Under the pieces are notes generated by a model, which saw only the letters and a program-made list of their open reading frames with translations, did not search any database and was not told the DNA's origin. Of a stretch of DNA of 64,000 nt, positions 25,925 to 40,169 are shown in pieces (the first letter of the stretch is position 1; each line of letters opens with the position of its first letter). A program made the position numbers and the translations under genes. Source of the DNA: the human T2T-CHM13v2.0 reference genome, Homo sapiens; NCBI RefSeq assembly GCF_009914755.1, contig NC_060932.1; one strand, given 5' to 3'.

Positions 25925-27780
25925 CAGTTTTATTGAGGTATAATTGATATGCAATAAACTCCACACATTAAATTTATGATTATTTTTTGAATTTGGACAC
26001 ATATATACACTCATAAAACCATGAGTACAATATCCAGGTAATAAACATATCCATTACTTCTAGAAGATTACTGTGATCCTTTGGTTTTTGGTATTCAGTA
26101 AAATATTTAACATGAAATCTACTCTCCTAACAAATTTTTAAGAACATAGTTCAGTATTGCTAACTATGCTATATAGGCACTATGCTATACAGCAAATACC
26201 CAGAGCTAATGTATCTTGCATAACTGAAATTTTATACAAATTGAACAACTCTCCATTTCCTCCTTCCCCTGGTCCCTGGTAACCACCATTGTAGTCTATG
26301 CTTTGAGTTTGAGTTTTTCAGGTCCTCGTACAAGTGAAATATGCTGTATTTTCCTTTTTGTGACTGGCTTATTTCACTTAGCACAACATCTTCTGAGCTC
26401 ATCCATGTTGTTAAAAATGGAAGGATTGACTTCCTTTTAAGGCTCAGTAGTATTTCATTGTAAATATATACCACCTTTTCTTTATTTATTAATCTGTCAA
26501 TGGACATTTGTGTTGTATGCATAATTCTGCTACTGTGAAAAGTAATGGCAGGGCACATACCTTTTCATGATCCTGGTTTCAATTATTTTGGGCATATACC
26601 CCGAAGTAGGATTGTTGGATCATATGGAAGTTCTAAGTTTAAATTTTTGAGGAAATTCTGTGTTGTTCTTCCTAATGACTACACCATTTTATACCCCTCC
26701 CACCAACATTGTTAATATTTCTACACACCCTCCCCAACATTTATAATCTTTTGTGTTTTTGGTAATAGCCATCCTAATTAGTATGAGGTGATATATCACT
26801 GTGACTTTGATTTGCATTTCCCTGGTGATTAGTGACACGGAGTACCTTTTCATATACATCTTGACCATTTGTGTATCTTCTTTGGAGAAATGTCTTTTTA
26901 AGTGTTTTGCTAATTTTTAATCGTTTAATTTGTTTGTTTCACTATTGAGTTTTAAGAGTTTTTTAATGTATTTTCAGTGTTAACCTCTTATCAGATACGT
27001 GGTTTGCAAATATATTGTCCCATTGTGTATGTTGCTTTTTTTATTCAGTGGATTTTTTCATTTGCTGAGCGGAAGTCTTTTTCAGTTTGATATCATCCCA
27101 CTTGGCTATTCTGCTTTTGTTGCTTGTACTTTTGGAGTCATACCCAAGAAATCATGACTAAGAGCAGTGTCATCAAGGTTTTCTTCTATATTTTCCTTTC
27201 GGAGTCTTAGAGTTTGAGGTTATACATTTAACTCTTTAATCCACTTTTACTTAGTTTTTTGTGTATAAAACTCTAATGTAAGTCACGTGCACATGAATAT
27301 ATAGTTTTCTAACACCATTTGTTGAAGAGAGTGTCTTTCCTCCATTTTGAATTCTTGGCACCCCCGTTGAAGACCAGCTGACTATGTGGGTTTATTTCTG
27401 GGCTTTTTATTTGGCTCCATTCATCTATATGTCTGTCTTTATGCCAGCACCATACTGTTTTTATTAGTTTATATTTATAATATACTTGAAATCAGGAAGT
27501 ATGTTATTTTCAGCTTTGTTCTTTCTCAAGGTAGCTTTGGCTGTTCAGAGTCTTTTGTGGTTCCACATTCATATTATTTTTTTTTTTTCTATTTCCCGAA
27601 AAAGAATGTAATTGGAATTTTTGTGGGTATAACATTAAATTTGTAGATCACTTTGGGTAGCATAGATATTTTATTAATAAGTCTTCAATCAATGAACATA
27701 GAATGTCTTCTCATTATTAATATAGTCTCAGTTACGGCTTTACTTCATATTTTATGATTTTCAATGTACTTTACTATTTT
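25925..27780 (-). mobile_element. L1MA9/L1MA10-like 3' portion
   Basis: 3' end ttttattgaggtataattga; gtatcttgcataactgaaa; ORF 26232-26558 resembles ORF2p C-terminus (ILPFLTTWMS.EDVVLSEISQ). Confidence 0.85.
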
Positions 27781-28896
27781 TTAATTCAATTTTTAATGTT
27801 TTCTATTGCATAAACAGGTGAATCATGTAGTTGATTGAGTTTAGTTTGGATACTCTGAGGCATACTAAGATTTTCCAAGCTTTCTAAAGTAGTTGTGGAC
27901 TCTATTTTCAAAACATACTCTTTTCTTTATAGTTTTATTCATAATAAAATAATTTAAACACCACTAAGATCCATAGGATACAAATTAGCATCAAGATTCA
28001 ATTCAAGTAATCATTGTGGTCCTCTCATCATGATTAAATTAATTACTATTATAAATACCTGAGCTGTGTTAATACATGTAAACACAAACACACACACACA
28101 TTAACATGACTAATCTGATTTGCACAATTTACTTAAATGGTATGTAAAAATAAACAGCAATGCGTAAAAAATTGCCACCATTGCAGCTTTTTGAAGAATA
28201 CTTTAAAATTAATTACTCAAGTGACAACACTTGAATCATTATGTACCAAATACTTGCAGAGAGCTTACTTGGCTTGACAAAAGATCTAAAGGGTCAGCAA
28301 AATTTTAGTCAAGTAAGTCATATTTGTTACGTAATCTATTAACTATATTAATGGTAGTTCACAGACTTGTAGACCTGGGGTATAGGTAATATATTCATCA
28401 AACTCACCCAGAATTCAAGTGTAGTGGAAGTAGTGGAAGCACTCACTTTGGAATGTAATTCTTTTTTGTATTTGTGTTTAGATAGGCATGGAAGTCAGTG
28501 AGGTAAGGGAATGATAGTTCTAAGGAAAAGTTCAGAGAGAAAGTGCACAAAGTGTCAAGATAACACCTATATGGTCCCAGTAACCTAGACTAAGAGCAAA
28601 AAGAAAGAGGAATTGAGTTCAGTGTTATGTTTTAGCTAAGATCTTAAGTGTTATGTTTTTAAGAATCTTAGAAAGAGATGAAAGTTAAAATGTCCAAATA
28701 AAAGAAATTTCAAAACTCCTTTCTCTAAACTCTTTGTAAAACATTAAAAGCCCTATATTGAAAGCACAAGGCACTCTTGCTTTGTGGCCTGTAACATGCT
28801 ATGAAACTTGGGGTGATAGATATTTGACATAATATTGGATAATCTAAAGAGACAATGCCTTGGGCAACAAGGTAGAACACTCTACATTTTTATTCT

Positions 28897-28981
28897 ATAT
28901 ATGTATATATATATATATGTATATATGTATGTTTGTATATGTATATATGTATATATATGTATGTACGTATATATATATGTA
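28897..28981. repeat. (TA/TG)n low-complexity microsatellite
   Basis: tatatatgtatatat... tract. Confidence 0.9.
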
Positions 28982-31332
28982 TTTTTATTCTATATATGAT
29001 TTCTTATAATGAAGATGAAATCTTTTACTACATGCTCTTTTTTGGGTGACTTTTTTTGCTTCTTTAGTATTTGTCCAGTTTTTCTATATGAGGTATGTAA
29101 AAGTAGATAGTTTATTCTCACTTATGTATGAATAATAGAATTTTAAGTGAAAATGGATTATTTTAAAAATAGTTATGTGTATATTTGTGTTTTTATTTAT
29201 TAGAAAAAACACAGCTAACAAACAATGATGATTCAGAGACTTGAATGGTTAGGATAAGGTCAGAGCATGTGTATCTGTAAAAAGTAAGGTAAATTTAAAG
29301 AAAAACAGTAAGTATCAGAACAGTTGTACAAAGCAATTAAATTATGAATTATGCTCAGCTAGAAACATAATGTTAAGCTGTGATTAAGGTATGAGTTTAT
29401 AGCAGAAGGATTGGAGTGTTAAGTGAAATGAATCAGTGAAAGATATCCTCTCAGAATAAGATAAGAGGTGAGCAGTTAAAGTCATCGGCAAGATTAACTT
29501 GTTGTTAATTTTGCTGCTGAACCTCCTCGTGTCACTTAAATCAATGTGATTATCACAACAAATCTAATGGTTCTACCAGTTATTGTTTTATTCAGTTTTT
29601 CTAGTTATTGTCCATGGATCAGAGAAAGAATTGCAATACCTCATTTTAGAAAAGAAAGGACACAAGGCAATGAAAATGAAAAATCTTGCCAAAATTGATC
29701 ACCAAGCGGCTGAAAAGCATGCATTAAAATGTATTCTGATGATTTTATATCAAAGAGAGCTAAATATAAAACTTGGTCTCGAAGAATTGATCAGTTTAGA
29801 TGCACTTAATCAGAATTTATTGTGAGTATATTGGTTCGAGTACCTAGAGTAATATTAACACTCTGAAAGTTAATATTGCCTGAAGCAATATTAGCACTCT
29901 GAAAATTAACTTTGTCTCAGGTACTTGAACCAGTATGTTTGACTGTGTATTTGGCAATATATTTAAGGCTGACTAATAGAAGCCTGGACTTACCACTTGT
30001 TCTCAAAATCAGTAAGTTTGATATGTTGGAACTTCCATGCCATACTGTAGAAGAAGAGTTTCTAAAGTCTTGAAATACAGAAATATTTCAAGAAATACAG
30101 AATTCATTTACTGTGCACAACCTATTTGTGGTTATATAGTAATTGTAGCATTCAAGAGAACCCTTTTTGAGAAGATTCCTTTTTCCCAAGAAAAAGGAAT
30201 TGTTGTTGTTAAAAATACGTTGTTGAAGGGAGTACTAGCATCTCAGAAAGGCCCTGGGAGATGTTACCAGGAAATTAGGCTTCTGATTTCAATGGAAATA
30301 TTGGATCCTGTAATAGTAATGTTTAACCTTCCAAGGTAGAAGGGTTGTAATTATCATAATAAGCATGGGAGCAATTTGAAATGATGTTTTTGACCCACAG
30401 GGATCTGTTGTCCAAGCCAGTTGATCACAGGGTTCTATCCATAACAAATAGGTGTCCTACAGAACAATTGCTTGAACTATAAGATTAAAACAATTCTTTG
30501 TCCAGAGGTCAGAAACCTGAATATTGTCAATATCATAGGTATTCATGGATATTTACCTGGTTCATAGACTTAGGTCCCTTTACAGAGCTGTTGTCCCTTT
30601 ACTGAGTGAGGATTTAGGTTCTTATGAAGAAGAAACTTCTACTTATAATTAGAAGAAACTTCTCATATTGCAATGTATTTTATACATTTTCTTCTAAATC
30701 TTTCCCAAGAAACTTACCGTCATATACTGGGATAAACGTGTTCTGAATCAGGGAGAATACCTCAATATTCCAGATGTTATTAGATACTGGTTCTAAATTG
30801 ACACTAAATCACAGAGACCCACAGTTCTACCATTGTCCTTGGGTCAGATTTAGAGGGAGTGAGGCTATGTAGGTCTAGTGAAAAATGAAGTTATGGCCTA
30901 GTCTCTTCCATAGTTTGAATTAAAAATTATTATTGTTCCCCAGTTCCTAAATGTATAGTTTAAATAAAAATACTTGGTTATATTGTGTAAATCCACAGAG
31001 TGGTTTTCTGAGCCATAGAATGAAGACTATTTTGACAGGAAGGGCCAAGTGGGTGTGTATGGACATGTCATTCCCAGCCAAAAAGGAATCCAAGAGCAGA
31101 GATTAATTCTACATAGGAATTATAGTTCCCACCAGAGACTACAGTGATGCAGAGAAAATGGTTCATATCATATCCCTGTTTAACTCATCTACTTGACTGG
31201 TACAAAAATCAAATAGGTCTTAGAGGTTACTGTGGGTTATTGTAAAATTTAACTGGCTTTTATGCCTATGTGGTCTCTTTACTAAAGAAAATAAGCCACA
31301 TCCCCTGGTACTACCTAGGACACAGAAGTTGA

Positions 31333-31341
31333 CTCTCTCTG

Positions 31342-31403
<62 letters not shown>
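31333..31403. repeat. (GTCTCT)n(CT)n(TA)n compound microsatellite
   Basis: Direct reading. Confidence 0.93.
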
Positions 31404-31404
<1 letters not shown>

Positions 31405-33868
31405 TTTTTTCTGAGAAGATAGGAAAGAGTGTATATCTCTCTTCCACATGAAGATGTACACTTTGATGAGTATTTCAAGAGTACATCTTCAATGTCTTGT
31501 TTTATGGCTATAAATTGCTGTCTGACATATAATCATCTTGAGTGTCCTTAGAAATTGTAAGTCCCACAGAACATTACAGCAGATCTATTACATTAATGGT
31601 ACATTTGCTCATTGGATCTGAAGACCAAGAAGGAACAAGTACCCTGGATGTTTCAAGAAGACATAGCTGTGCCAGAGCGTAGGAGATTAAACCCTAGGAA
31701 ATGGAAAGCTGTCCCATTCTGAAGTTTCCAATAGTCCAGTTATCTAAGATACACGGGATACACCCTCCAATGTCAGAAACATTAGCTGTCCCTTCCATGG
31801 CCTGCCATGAAGAAAGAGGCAATATGTTTGGTGTAACTATTTGGATATTGAAGACAATATACAACAGATTGAGTGAGCTGTTTTTACACATTTATTGGAT
31901 CACTTATGAGGCTACAAGTTTGGCACGAAATCCAGATCAAGAGACGACTTAACATAAAGTCCATGCTCTACTGCAAGCTGCCTTGACATCTGGACCTATT
32001 GTTGAGCATCCAGCAGTATTTGAAGTGTCTATGGCAGATAGTGCAGGCATGTGTAGCCCCTGGGTAGAATCACAGTGGAGATCCCTAAGATACTGATGCA
32101 AAACTGATGATCTCTCTGGCCTGTCACTATTATCTATTGGAAAAAATGCTCCTAGACCACTACTGCACTCCTAATCACAAGACATCAAGTCACCTGGCAA
32201 CCTCAGCTGCTCATGTAATATTTTTTGATCCATAAAATAATAAGGTTATTTGCATGCAGCAGTATGTCATTATTAATGGAAATCATATGTGCAAGACCAG
32301 GCCTCAGTAGGTTTGGAAGACACAAGTAAATTGCATAACACATGGAGCTCACCCACTGCACCCCTTCGAGTGCTTCACTGTCACTTCCAACCCTCAGTTA
32401 TGGAAACTTAATAAGGTTTCTAATAATAGAAGAGGATCCAATTAACCAGTTTGGACAAGAAGAATACAGAGAGGCCTGATTTAATAATGGGTCAGCATGT
32501 TGTGTGGCTGTCAACATCTATAAGTAGTCAGCTGCTGCATTATAGATCTACACAGGGATAGTCCTGATGGATGGAAAGAAAATCTTCCTATTTGACAGAA
32601 ATCTGAGCAGTACATTTTACAGTTTCTCTATTTGGAAAGGTCTAATTCTACCCTAACTTCTGAGCAATGCCTGATGGGTCAACTAGCAAGTCAAGGACTT
32701 AGAAAGGACAAGATTGGAATATTGCTGCTAGGAAAGTCTGGGATGTGGGGTTGGTAGTGGTGATGTGTTATGTGAATTGGCCTATTTAAAAAAGCACAAA
32801 GTGCAAAGATGCTTGTGTCCTAAAGACCATCCACTACAGAGGAGGATCTCAGTAATGAACTAGACATGAAGACCTGTTCTGTGGCTTTCTCTACAGTTGT
32901 TTTCAGATTCCTGGCTCTTGCTGAATGGGCCTATGTACCAAGTGGCTACGTAGGCAAGAATAAAAACTATGCATGAGCTCAACAACATGGACTTTGCCTC
33001 ACCAAAGCTGAGCTGCTTTGTGCCCAAATGCTGAAAGGAAAGGTGAATGCTGAGTCAATATGATACCATATTTTCCAGTGGACTAACCAGCAATGCAATT
33101 TCAGATTGATTACACTGAAAGTCTTCCTTTATGAAGCGAGCAGAGGTTTGTTTCCACAGAAATAGAAAGTTTTTCTGGATACAGTCTAACCATTCCTTCC
33201 TATGACACTTCTGCCAGTGCCACTATTGATACACATAAGGAATACCTTATTCCTTTCTACTTAGCCAATACAACACTGCCTCTTAGCAAGGAATTCATTT
33301 TAACACTAACGAAGGGTGCTAAGAATCATGCCACAGAATTTGCTGATTTTATGTGTGCTCATCCCTTAAAATGAGCTGGTCTGATAGAATGTTGGAAATG
33401 GCCAACTGATGCCTCAATTGCAGTGCCATCTGAGAGAGGGAGAAAAAAAAAACCCAGAAAAGTTAATGTCCTTTTGTATACACTGTGGGCATATATTGTG
33501 CTGTTCCCCATGGTTGTTATATCAGTGGGTGGATTGAGGAGTGCCCTTTCACTCTAATACCTAACAGTTCCTTCAGATGGTTTTTCTTCCTATCTACACA
33601 AACTTGAGGTCAGTTGGATTGGCAGACACCCAAGACAGACACATCTGTGTCAAGGTCATTCCATTAAACTGGAAGATAAGGCTACCAACTTGTCATTTTG
33701 GACTTCCCTTTCACTGAACTCACAAGCAAATGAAAGGATCAACTTGTAAACTGTGGTGTTTTATCAAAATTACCAAGAGAAAATTGGGTTACTCCTAGGC
33801 AAAGTAGTGAGGGACTAGGCTTAGACCTGGATGCTTCCTAAGGAATTTCCTGGTAATTCTATATTGTA

Positions 33869-33949
33869 TTAGGTTGGTGCAAAAGTAATTGTAGTTTTTG
33901 ACATTAAAAGTAGTAGTAAAAACCACAGTTACCTCTTGCACTGACCTAA
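33869..33949. mobile_element. MADE1 (Hsmar1-derived MITE), complete palindrome
   Basis: ttaggttggtgcaaaagtaattg...cagttacctcttgcactgacctaa, flanked by TA on both sides. Confidence 0.95.
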
Positions 33950-34466
33950 TATAATCATGTCAGTGAGAAACTAGAACAATAAGGTCAGAATCAACATGAG
34001 CATGGATTCTATAAGAATACAATTTTGGTTTGCCCCAAAAAGTATAAAATATCTCAACATACTAAGGGGCTAGGTAAGGTAAAGAGAATGTGGAATTAGA
34101 TAAAGGAAGAAGAGATCTATGATCATTGATTTTGATTAATATTACTAATGATATTACTCAGAATATTGGTAACTTATAATCAATACTAATTATAATATTA
34201 ATAACTTATAATTAACATTATTTATCATTTGATATAAGACAAAACTACTATAGTCCCTATCTCTTGTGATTAGCCAGAGAGTTAGGAACTACTGCAGTTA
34301 CGTCTTATATCAAATGATTCATTTTTTTTTTTCATTTTAAAACCTTATATAGCCAATGTTGTTATTTTGGACCTATGGAGAGTATGATTGAGTTTACACC
34401 ATTCTGTGATGACTTGGTGAGAGTTGGGCTTTGCGCTTTCCTTTCTGTTGGTCAAGAATGGACGCT

Positions 34467-34995
34467 GAGTTGAAAATGTGTGGAGAATATTATTTAATCT
34501 CCATTTATAACTTCTCCCTTCCCCACAGAACAATTTCCTTTTATTCTCTGGCTTTTGTTCTGTGTTCTAAGGAGTAGGCTGTGGACAGCTTTGCCTGGAG
34601 GTTCTTACCTTTCAGCTTTAGATTGAATTTGTGATAGTCAATAGAGAAAAGTACCAGTAGGTTGATGGGTGAGTGAACAGAGTGGTCAGGATATTTCTTC
34701 ACCAAACTCCTCCCCACTTCTGGCAGTGAGTGGCCACGGAAGCCACAGTTCTGGCAGTGGTTGCCTCCTCTCTCACCTGTAAGTTGTGTTGAACATCTCT
34801 GCCATTGCACATCTCTCCCCTTGATGCTCTTCCCTTTGCCATAGAGGCTTGGTGGTAGTGGCTTCCTGCCATTTAGAGTCCCTGGGTTCTGCAACATCTT
34901 TGATTGGTTACTTTAAACTCTCACACTCTCCATTAAATTATCTTAATTGCAATTGAGTGTATCTTCTATTTCCTGCTGAAATCCAATCTGATATT
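34467..34995 (+). mobile_element. LTR33-type 3' LTR of the plus-strand ERVL
   Basis: Preceded by a degenerate polypurine tract; ends ccattaaattatc...ttgagtgtatcttctatttcctgctgaaatccaatctgata. Confidence 0.75.
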
Positions 34996-35404
34996 CTAAT
35001 CTATAACAGGAGAATCCTTATCAATAGCATAAATTAGATCAGCATTCTTTAAACATTTTTTTTCCTTGGAAATATTTATTCTATTTATTTCTAGGGACTT
35101 GTTTATAAAAAGGCTCCAGAATCAATGGATGGAGGTGTAGGGATGATGTCCCGATGTGTGCTTCTGGAAAAACACACATTTACCTACCCTTCCCCAATCT
35201 CCTGGGAAAACTCTTGGAGCCTACACAAAGAAAAATGCTAAATGTTCTGATTTGTATGTTGTTTTTAGGTTATGTAAAAATGGTTTTCATAGTAATACTG
35301 TAAATATGGTAATATAGTAATATTGACTATTCTAATAATTATTGTTTCAGACTACATGAGAATATTTAATTTAGCTGCTATTCTAATAAGGAGGTTGCCT
35401 CGGT

Positions 35405-35572
35405 TATCGTTCCCAGTTCCCCTGTGCCTCGATGCCCTTACCATTCATGGGGAAATTAGTAGATCCTAATGCATAAACTTATTGTGAGGATTACATGCTA
35501 TGATGCATGCAAAACATTCAGGACACTGTTTGGCTCCCAGTCAGTGATCATTCCACAGGAGCTATTGTTATT
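35405..35572 (+). mobile_element. MIR fragment
   Basis: ctgtgcctc...atggggaa...ttattgtgaggatta...gcatgcaaaac...gctattgttatt. Confidence 0.7.
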
Positions 35573-35995
35573 CTACACATTCACCTCCCCTATATAGTCA
35601 TAGATACAGATCTTTTTACTTTATTCATCATCCAGGCCAATCCTTAAACACCAAGGAAACTCCTTGGCATGAACTTAGAGGGCAATAACAGCGACGAGTT
35701 CCCTAACCGACTTTTCAGCTAATCTCTCATGTAGTGCTCTCCTATTTTTTCCAGTAAAAGTACCTAATTATGAATCTGAAATCACTGGAGAGTTTCTGTT
35801 GAAACATAACAAGTGTATTGTCACAAAGTCTAGTTTATGATTTTACCATCTTTTTCTTTAACTTCCTTCAATTCTTTCTCATTAGGCCCCCTCATATGAT
35901 TAAGTTTAATTTTCTTCCCCATTTACCTCATGAGATACATCATCCTGAGGCACATCATCATTGAAGTTAAACCTTGCAGCAACACACTTAATTAA

Positions 35996-36436
<441 letters not shown>

Positions 36437-36465
36437 TATATTTCTTCTTTAAAAGCAACATTTTA

Positions 36466-36993
36466 ACCATTTGACCCAACATTCTCATTACTGGATATAT
36501 AGCTAGAGGAATATGAATCATTCTAGCATAAAGACATATGCACGTGAATGTTCATTGCAGCACTGTTCACAATACCAAAGACATGAAATCAACCTAGATG
36601 CCTATGAATGATAGATGGGATAAAGAAAGTGTGGTATATAAACACCATGGAATATTCTGCAGTCATGAAAAAGAACGAGATCATGTCTTTTGTGGGAACA
36701 TGGTTGGAGATGGAGGCTATTATCCTTAGTAAACTAACGCAGGAACAGAAAACTAGATACTACGTGTTCTTACTGATAAGTGAGAGCTAAATGATGAGAA
36801 CTCATGAATATGAATGAAACAACAGACACTGGGTTCTACTGGAGGGTGGAGATTGGGAAGAGAAGGATCAGGAAAAATAACTCTTGTGTTCTAGGCTTAA
36901 TACGTAGGTGATGAAATAATCTGTACAACCACGAATTTACATATATAAAAACCTTCATATGTACCCCCCAAACCTAAAATAAAAGTTAAAAAA
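36466..36993 (+). mobile_element. L1PA15-like 3' end
   Basis: ORF 36608-36790 is the ORF2p C-terminus; 3' UTR ggatcaggaaaaataact...ctaggcttaatac...aaaataaaagttaaaaaa. Confidence 0.88.
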
Positions 36994-38094
36994 GCAGAAG
37001 TTTAGCAGAGAAATCCATTACTGCAAAGGACAAATGAATTATAGTTTGGTATTATGTATCACTGAATTTGAATTTTAGGACCTATTCACAAACTGAAGAG
37101 TTCTGAGATGAGAAATTTATTTGAAACAACAAGGAATCTATGCCAAATAACCACAGGAAAGTTGAATGCTTTGAAAGACTTTGATAAAGTATGTTAATTA
37201 AAACCAGCACTTGAGCCTCCTCGGCAGTTTGGCGGTTGACAAAAGCACTTCAGAACAGTTTGAAGAAATTGTATGTTTCATGTTAGGGAGCGATTGAAAA
37301 GTCAGCAATACCTCAATCATTTGAGATAGAAATGGTACATTCTAAATTGGCCTCTAGAAGAGAAGATAAAATAATCTAAAGTATAGGCATTATAATGCCC
37401 TATTTTCAGGCAGCCTGACAAAGTCTAGCTTATACTGATATAGTTATAAAGCAGGCAAAAATCAAAGGTAGATTTTTTTCTAGATTTTCTTTCCCTTACT
37501 TGGCTTAGGATAGAAGGATAGAAAAATGACTTCCAAACCGTAATAAAATTAAACAGAAATTATTACTAAGTTACAGCAAAGAAAAAAAATAACGCCGAGG
37601 TTACCCAGCATTGTTGGAAATTACCATTAAGGAGATTGCTTAACTGAAGTTTAACTCAATGGTGGAATAAACTGTCAAATATATAGTGGGTTTCTTTTCA
37701 TATTTTACATATCCTGCATATCATTGCTAATATGAAGTTAATTTGAAGTAACTTCACTTTGCAAGTAAAGCTATAGATGTCATATTCTCACCTTTCGGGA
37801 TGTCACAATAGACCAAGGTATTCCAGCACTAGTTGGTTGTATTTTATGATAACATTGGATCACCTAAGCCTGGAATACTCAATAACCTTCAGTTTCCTTA
37901 ATTTTTAATTGGTAATGCTGAGGAAAAGTATTGGACCATGAAGTTGAAACTCGATAGAGAAAATTGGTTGAACTTGAATCCTCTATAAGAAACAGATTTA
38001 ATAGGTGGGACTTCGATGCATCAAATGAGCTATTTGTATTTTGGTCTCATTCACTAAAAATATAGTAGGATGGTAAGGGATTTTTTTTTTCCTG

Positions 38095-39390
38095 TCTTCT
38101 TGGAGTTAATTTCATTTTTGAAAGATTTTCACTGGATATAGAAATACTGTATAGAAACACACTCTAAAGGTATTATTCATTTATCTTCTGGCTTCCATTA
38201 ATTTTTTTACAGCACTAAGCTATTTGTTGTATTGTTATACTCTGAAGGTAATCTGAAAGTTGCTTTGACTTTTGAATATGTGTTTCTTTGTCTTTGGTAT
38301 TTGGCAGTTTTTGTATGATGCGTGGTTTTCTTTGATTACATTACTTGGGTTTCTTGAATATTCCAAGTGGTGCTTTAAATCAGCTTTGAAAAACTCTTGG
38401 CCTTTATCATTTTATGAATTGTCGTGCCCCTTTAAGTCTCTTCTCTACTTCTATGATTGTTCTTGCACATAAGTAGGATTTTCTACCACTTTTTATTCTT
38501 GGTATTCTTCAGTACTTACATTTTATTGTGACTTAAACATTGAAATTCTTTTCAGCAAAGTCTAACCTGTGAAACTATTGATATATTTATTTCTCTTACT
38601 GTATTTTATGTGTAGATTTTTCTTTTTCATTAATATATGTATAAATATGGGTATAGATATATAAACTATATATTCCAGTTGTCTGCTGAAATATGTAGCT
38701 TGTCTTCCAATATGTCAAACATATTGGTCAAAGCTAGATTGAAAATTAAAGTTTATATCATATAACTTCAATGCATTTGTTTCTAATTTTGATATTTATT
38801 GTTTTAATCTGCTCAAATCTCTTGCTATGCTTATGTTCTGTTGAATATAGGTATGAAATATTCTGTATATAATTTGAGGCTGTGAATATTGTTGTACTCC
38901 AGAGAGGGTTTACTTTTGCTTCTACTAGTATTTTGCATATATGCAAATAATCTTAATCAGCTCTGGGGTTGAATTAATTCATAGCTATTTCCGGTCTTCA
39001 TGAAGATTGGTTTATTTTTAGTTACCCTTTATTCCTACGATATAGTCCACTACTTCACTGGTACTTAATGATATCCCAGAGTTTTTACTGAAGTCCTTTC
39101 TCTTTGGAAGGCTTTGAAGTACAAGTTTTGTCCCTCCAGCCTCATGACATAGTTGAAATTTCTCATCAGCTTCTCAACTTTTCAATCAACTGTTGAGTTT
39201 ACCACTCTGGAATTTCTTGTCCCGGACTGTCTTTGCCCTTCACCAAATCCTCATTGCTATAGAAGTTCTTTCTTGTCTTCAAAAACATGCTTCATATGTT
39301 ATCCAGTTGTACACTTTTAATAAGTGTGTTGTTAATTGCAGTTTGGTTGTTGTAAGCAGAAGTCCATTAAATATCTTGGGTTTTTTTCTT
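38095..39390 (-). mobile_element. HAL1/old L1M ORF1-type fragment
   Basis: ttcatttttgaaagattttcactggatatagaa...tcttctggcttcca; degenerate throughout. Confidence 0.6.
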
Positions 39391-40169
39391 ATAGAAAATG
39401 AGTAAAAACTTCTGTTGTATAAAAGTAAGGCTTTTGTTTCCAGAACCCAGTATATTTAAAGGAAGACTAGAGGATCTGATTTAAGTCCTTCAAAACTATT
39501 TATTTTCACATTGCTCTGAAAATATTGACCAAATATTGACAAAAAATTGACAAAATTTGACTAGATCTTACCAAAACCCCAAGTCTGTATATAAGACTAT
39601 TCCAAAGTGTTATTTCTTGGCATCAGTGATCTTCCAAGGGTGAAATGGGTTGATTTAAAATCACTCCCAATCTTCTTGGGGAGCTCCTGACTACCCATCA
39701 TTTTCAAATTCAACAAAATAGATCTTATTTCTCCACCATCACAAATATATGCATTTGTTTCAATCCAGAAACACTGATTAAGCAGTATAGATAACATCAT
39801 CTCATGACTCTTTGCTTATAAGTTATTAGTGAATAAAATATAGTTTGGAGGGTAATCAGACAGCAAGAGGTTTTATGTTAAATTTTGTTAGGTGAGAGCT
39901 AAATTTGGTGTTGACTGAGCAGACCTTTTTTTTTTGCAGTAATAATAGGCTATTCACTTTTTTCTTTTTCCTGTATCATAAAAAGCGCCATACATTTTAG
40001 TTATTTCATGAGTGTTTTTTTTTTTTTTTTTTTTGCATATTGGACTGGCATTTGGTGTACCGTAAAATATAAACCATTTTAACCATCTCATGGCATTTCT
40101 GGATAAGCCTTTTTAACAAAGGGCTGCCTCCAATCTTCAGAGTGTTGAAAGCTACAATCTCTAGTGTTC

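Larger units (their letters stand above)
29230..34466 (+). mobile_element. Decayed ERVL provirus internal region; 5' LTR not seen
   Basis: gag 29583-29825 (CILMILYQRELNIKL, similar to WILRVLDQGGRNIKL); protease FQMLLDTGSKLTL near 30770; RT about 31140-31950 (ORF 31701 LKFPIVQLS...HIYWITYEATS); integrase QIDYT near 33100; dUTPase PLNWKIRLPTCHFGL near 33661. Confidence 0.85.

Noticed and set aside
29583-33700. Possible domesticated gag/pol gene (protease DTG motif retained)
   Set aside because: Frames are broken by many stops, frameshifts and a microsatellite, and the RT YIDD motif is lost. The minus-strand provirus is equally decayed.
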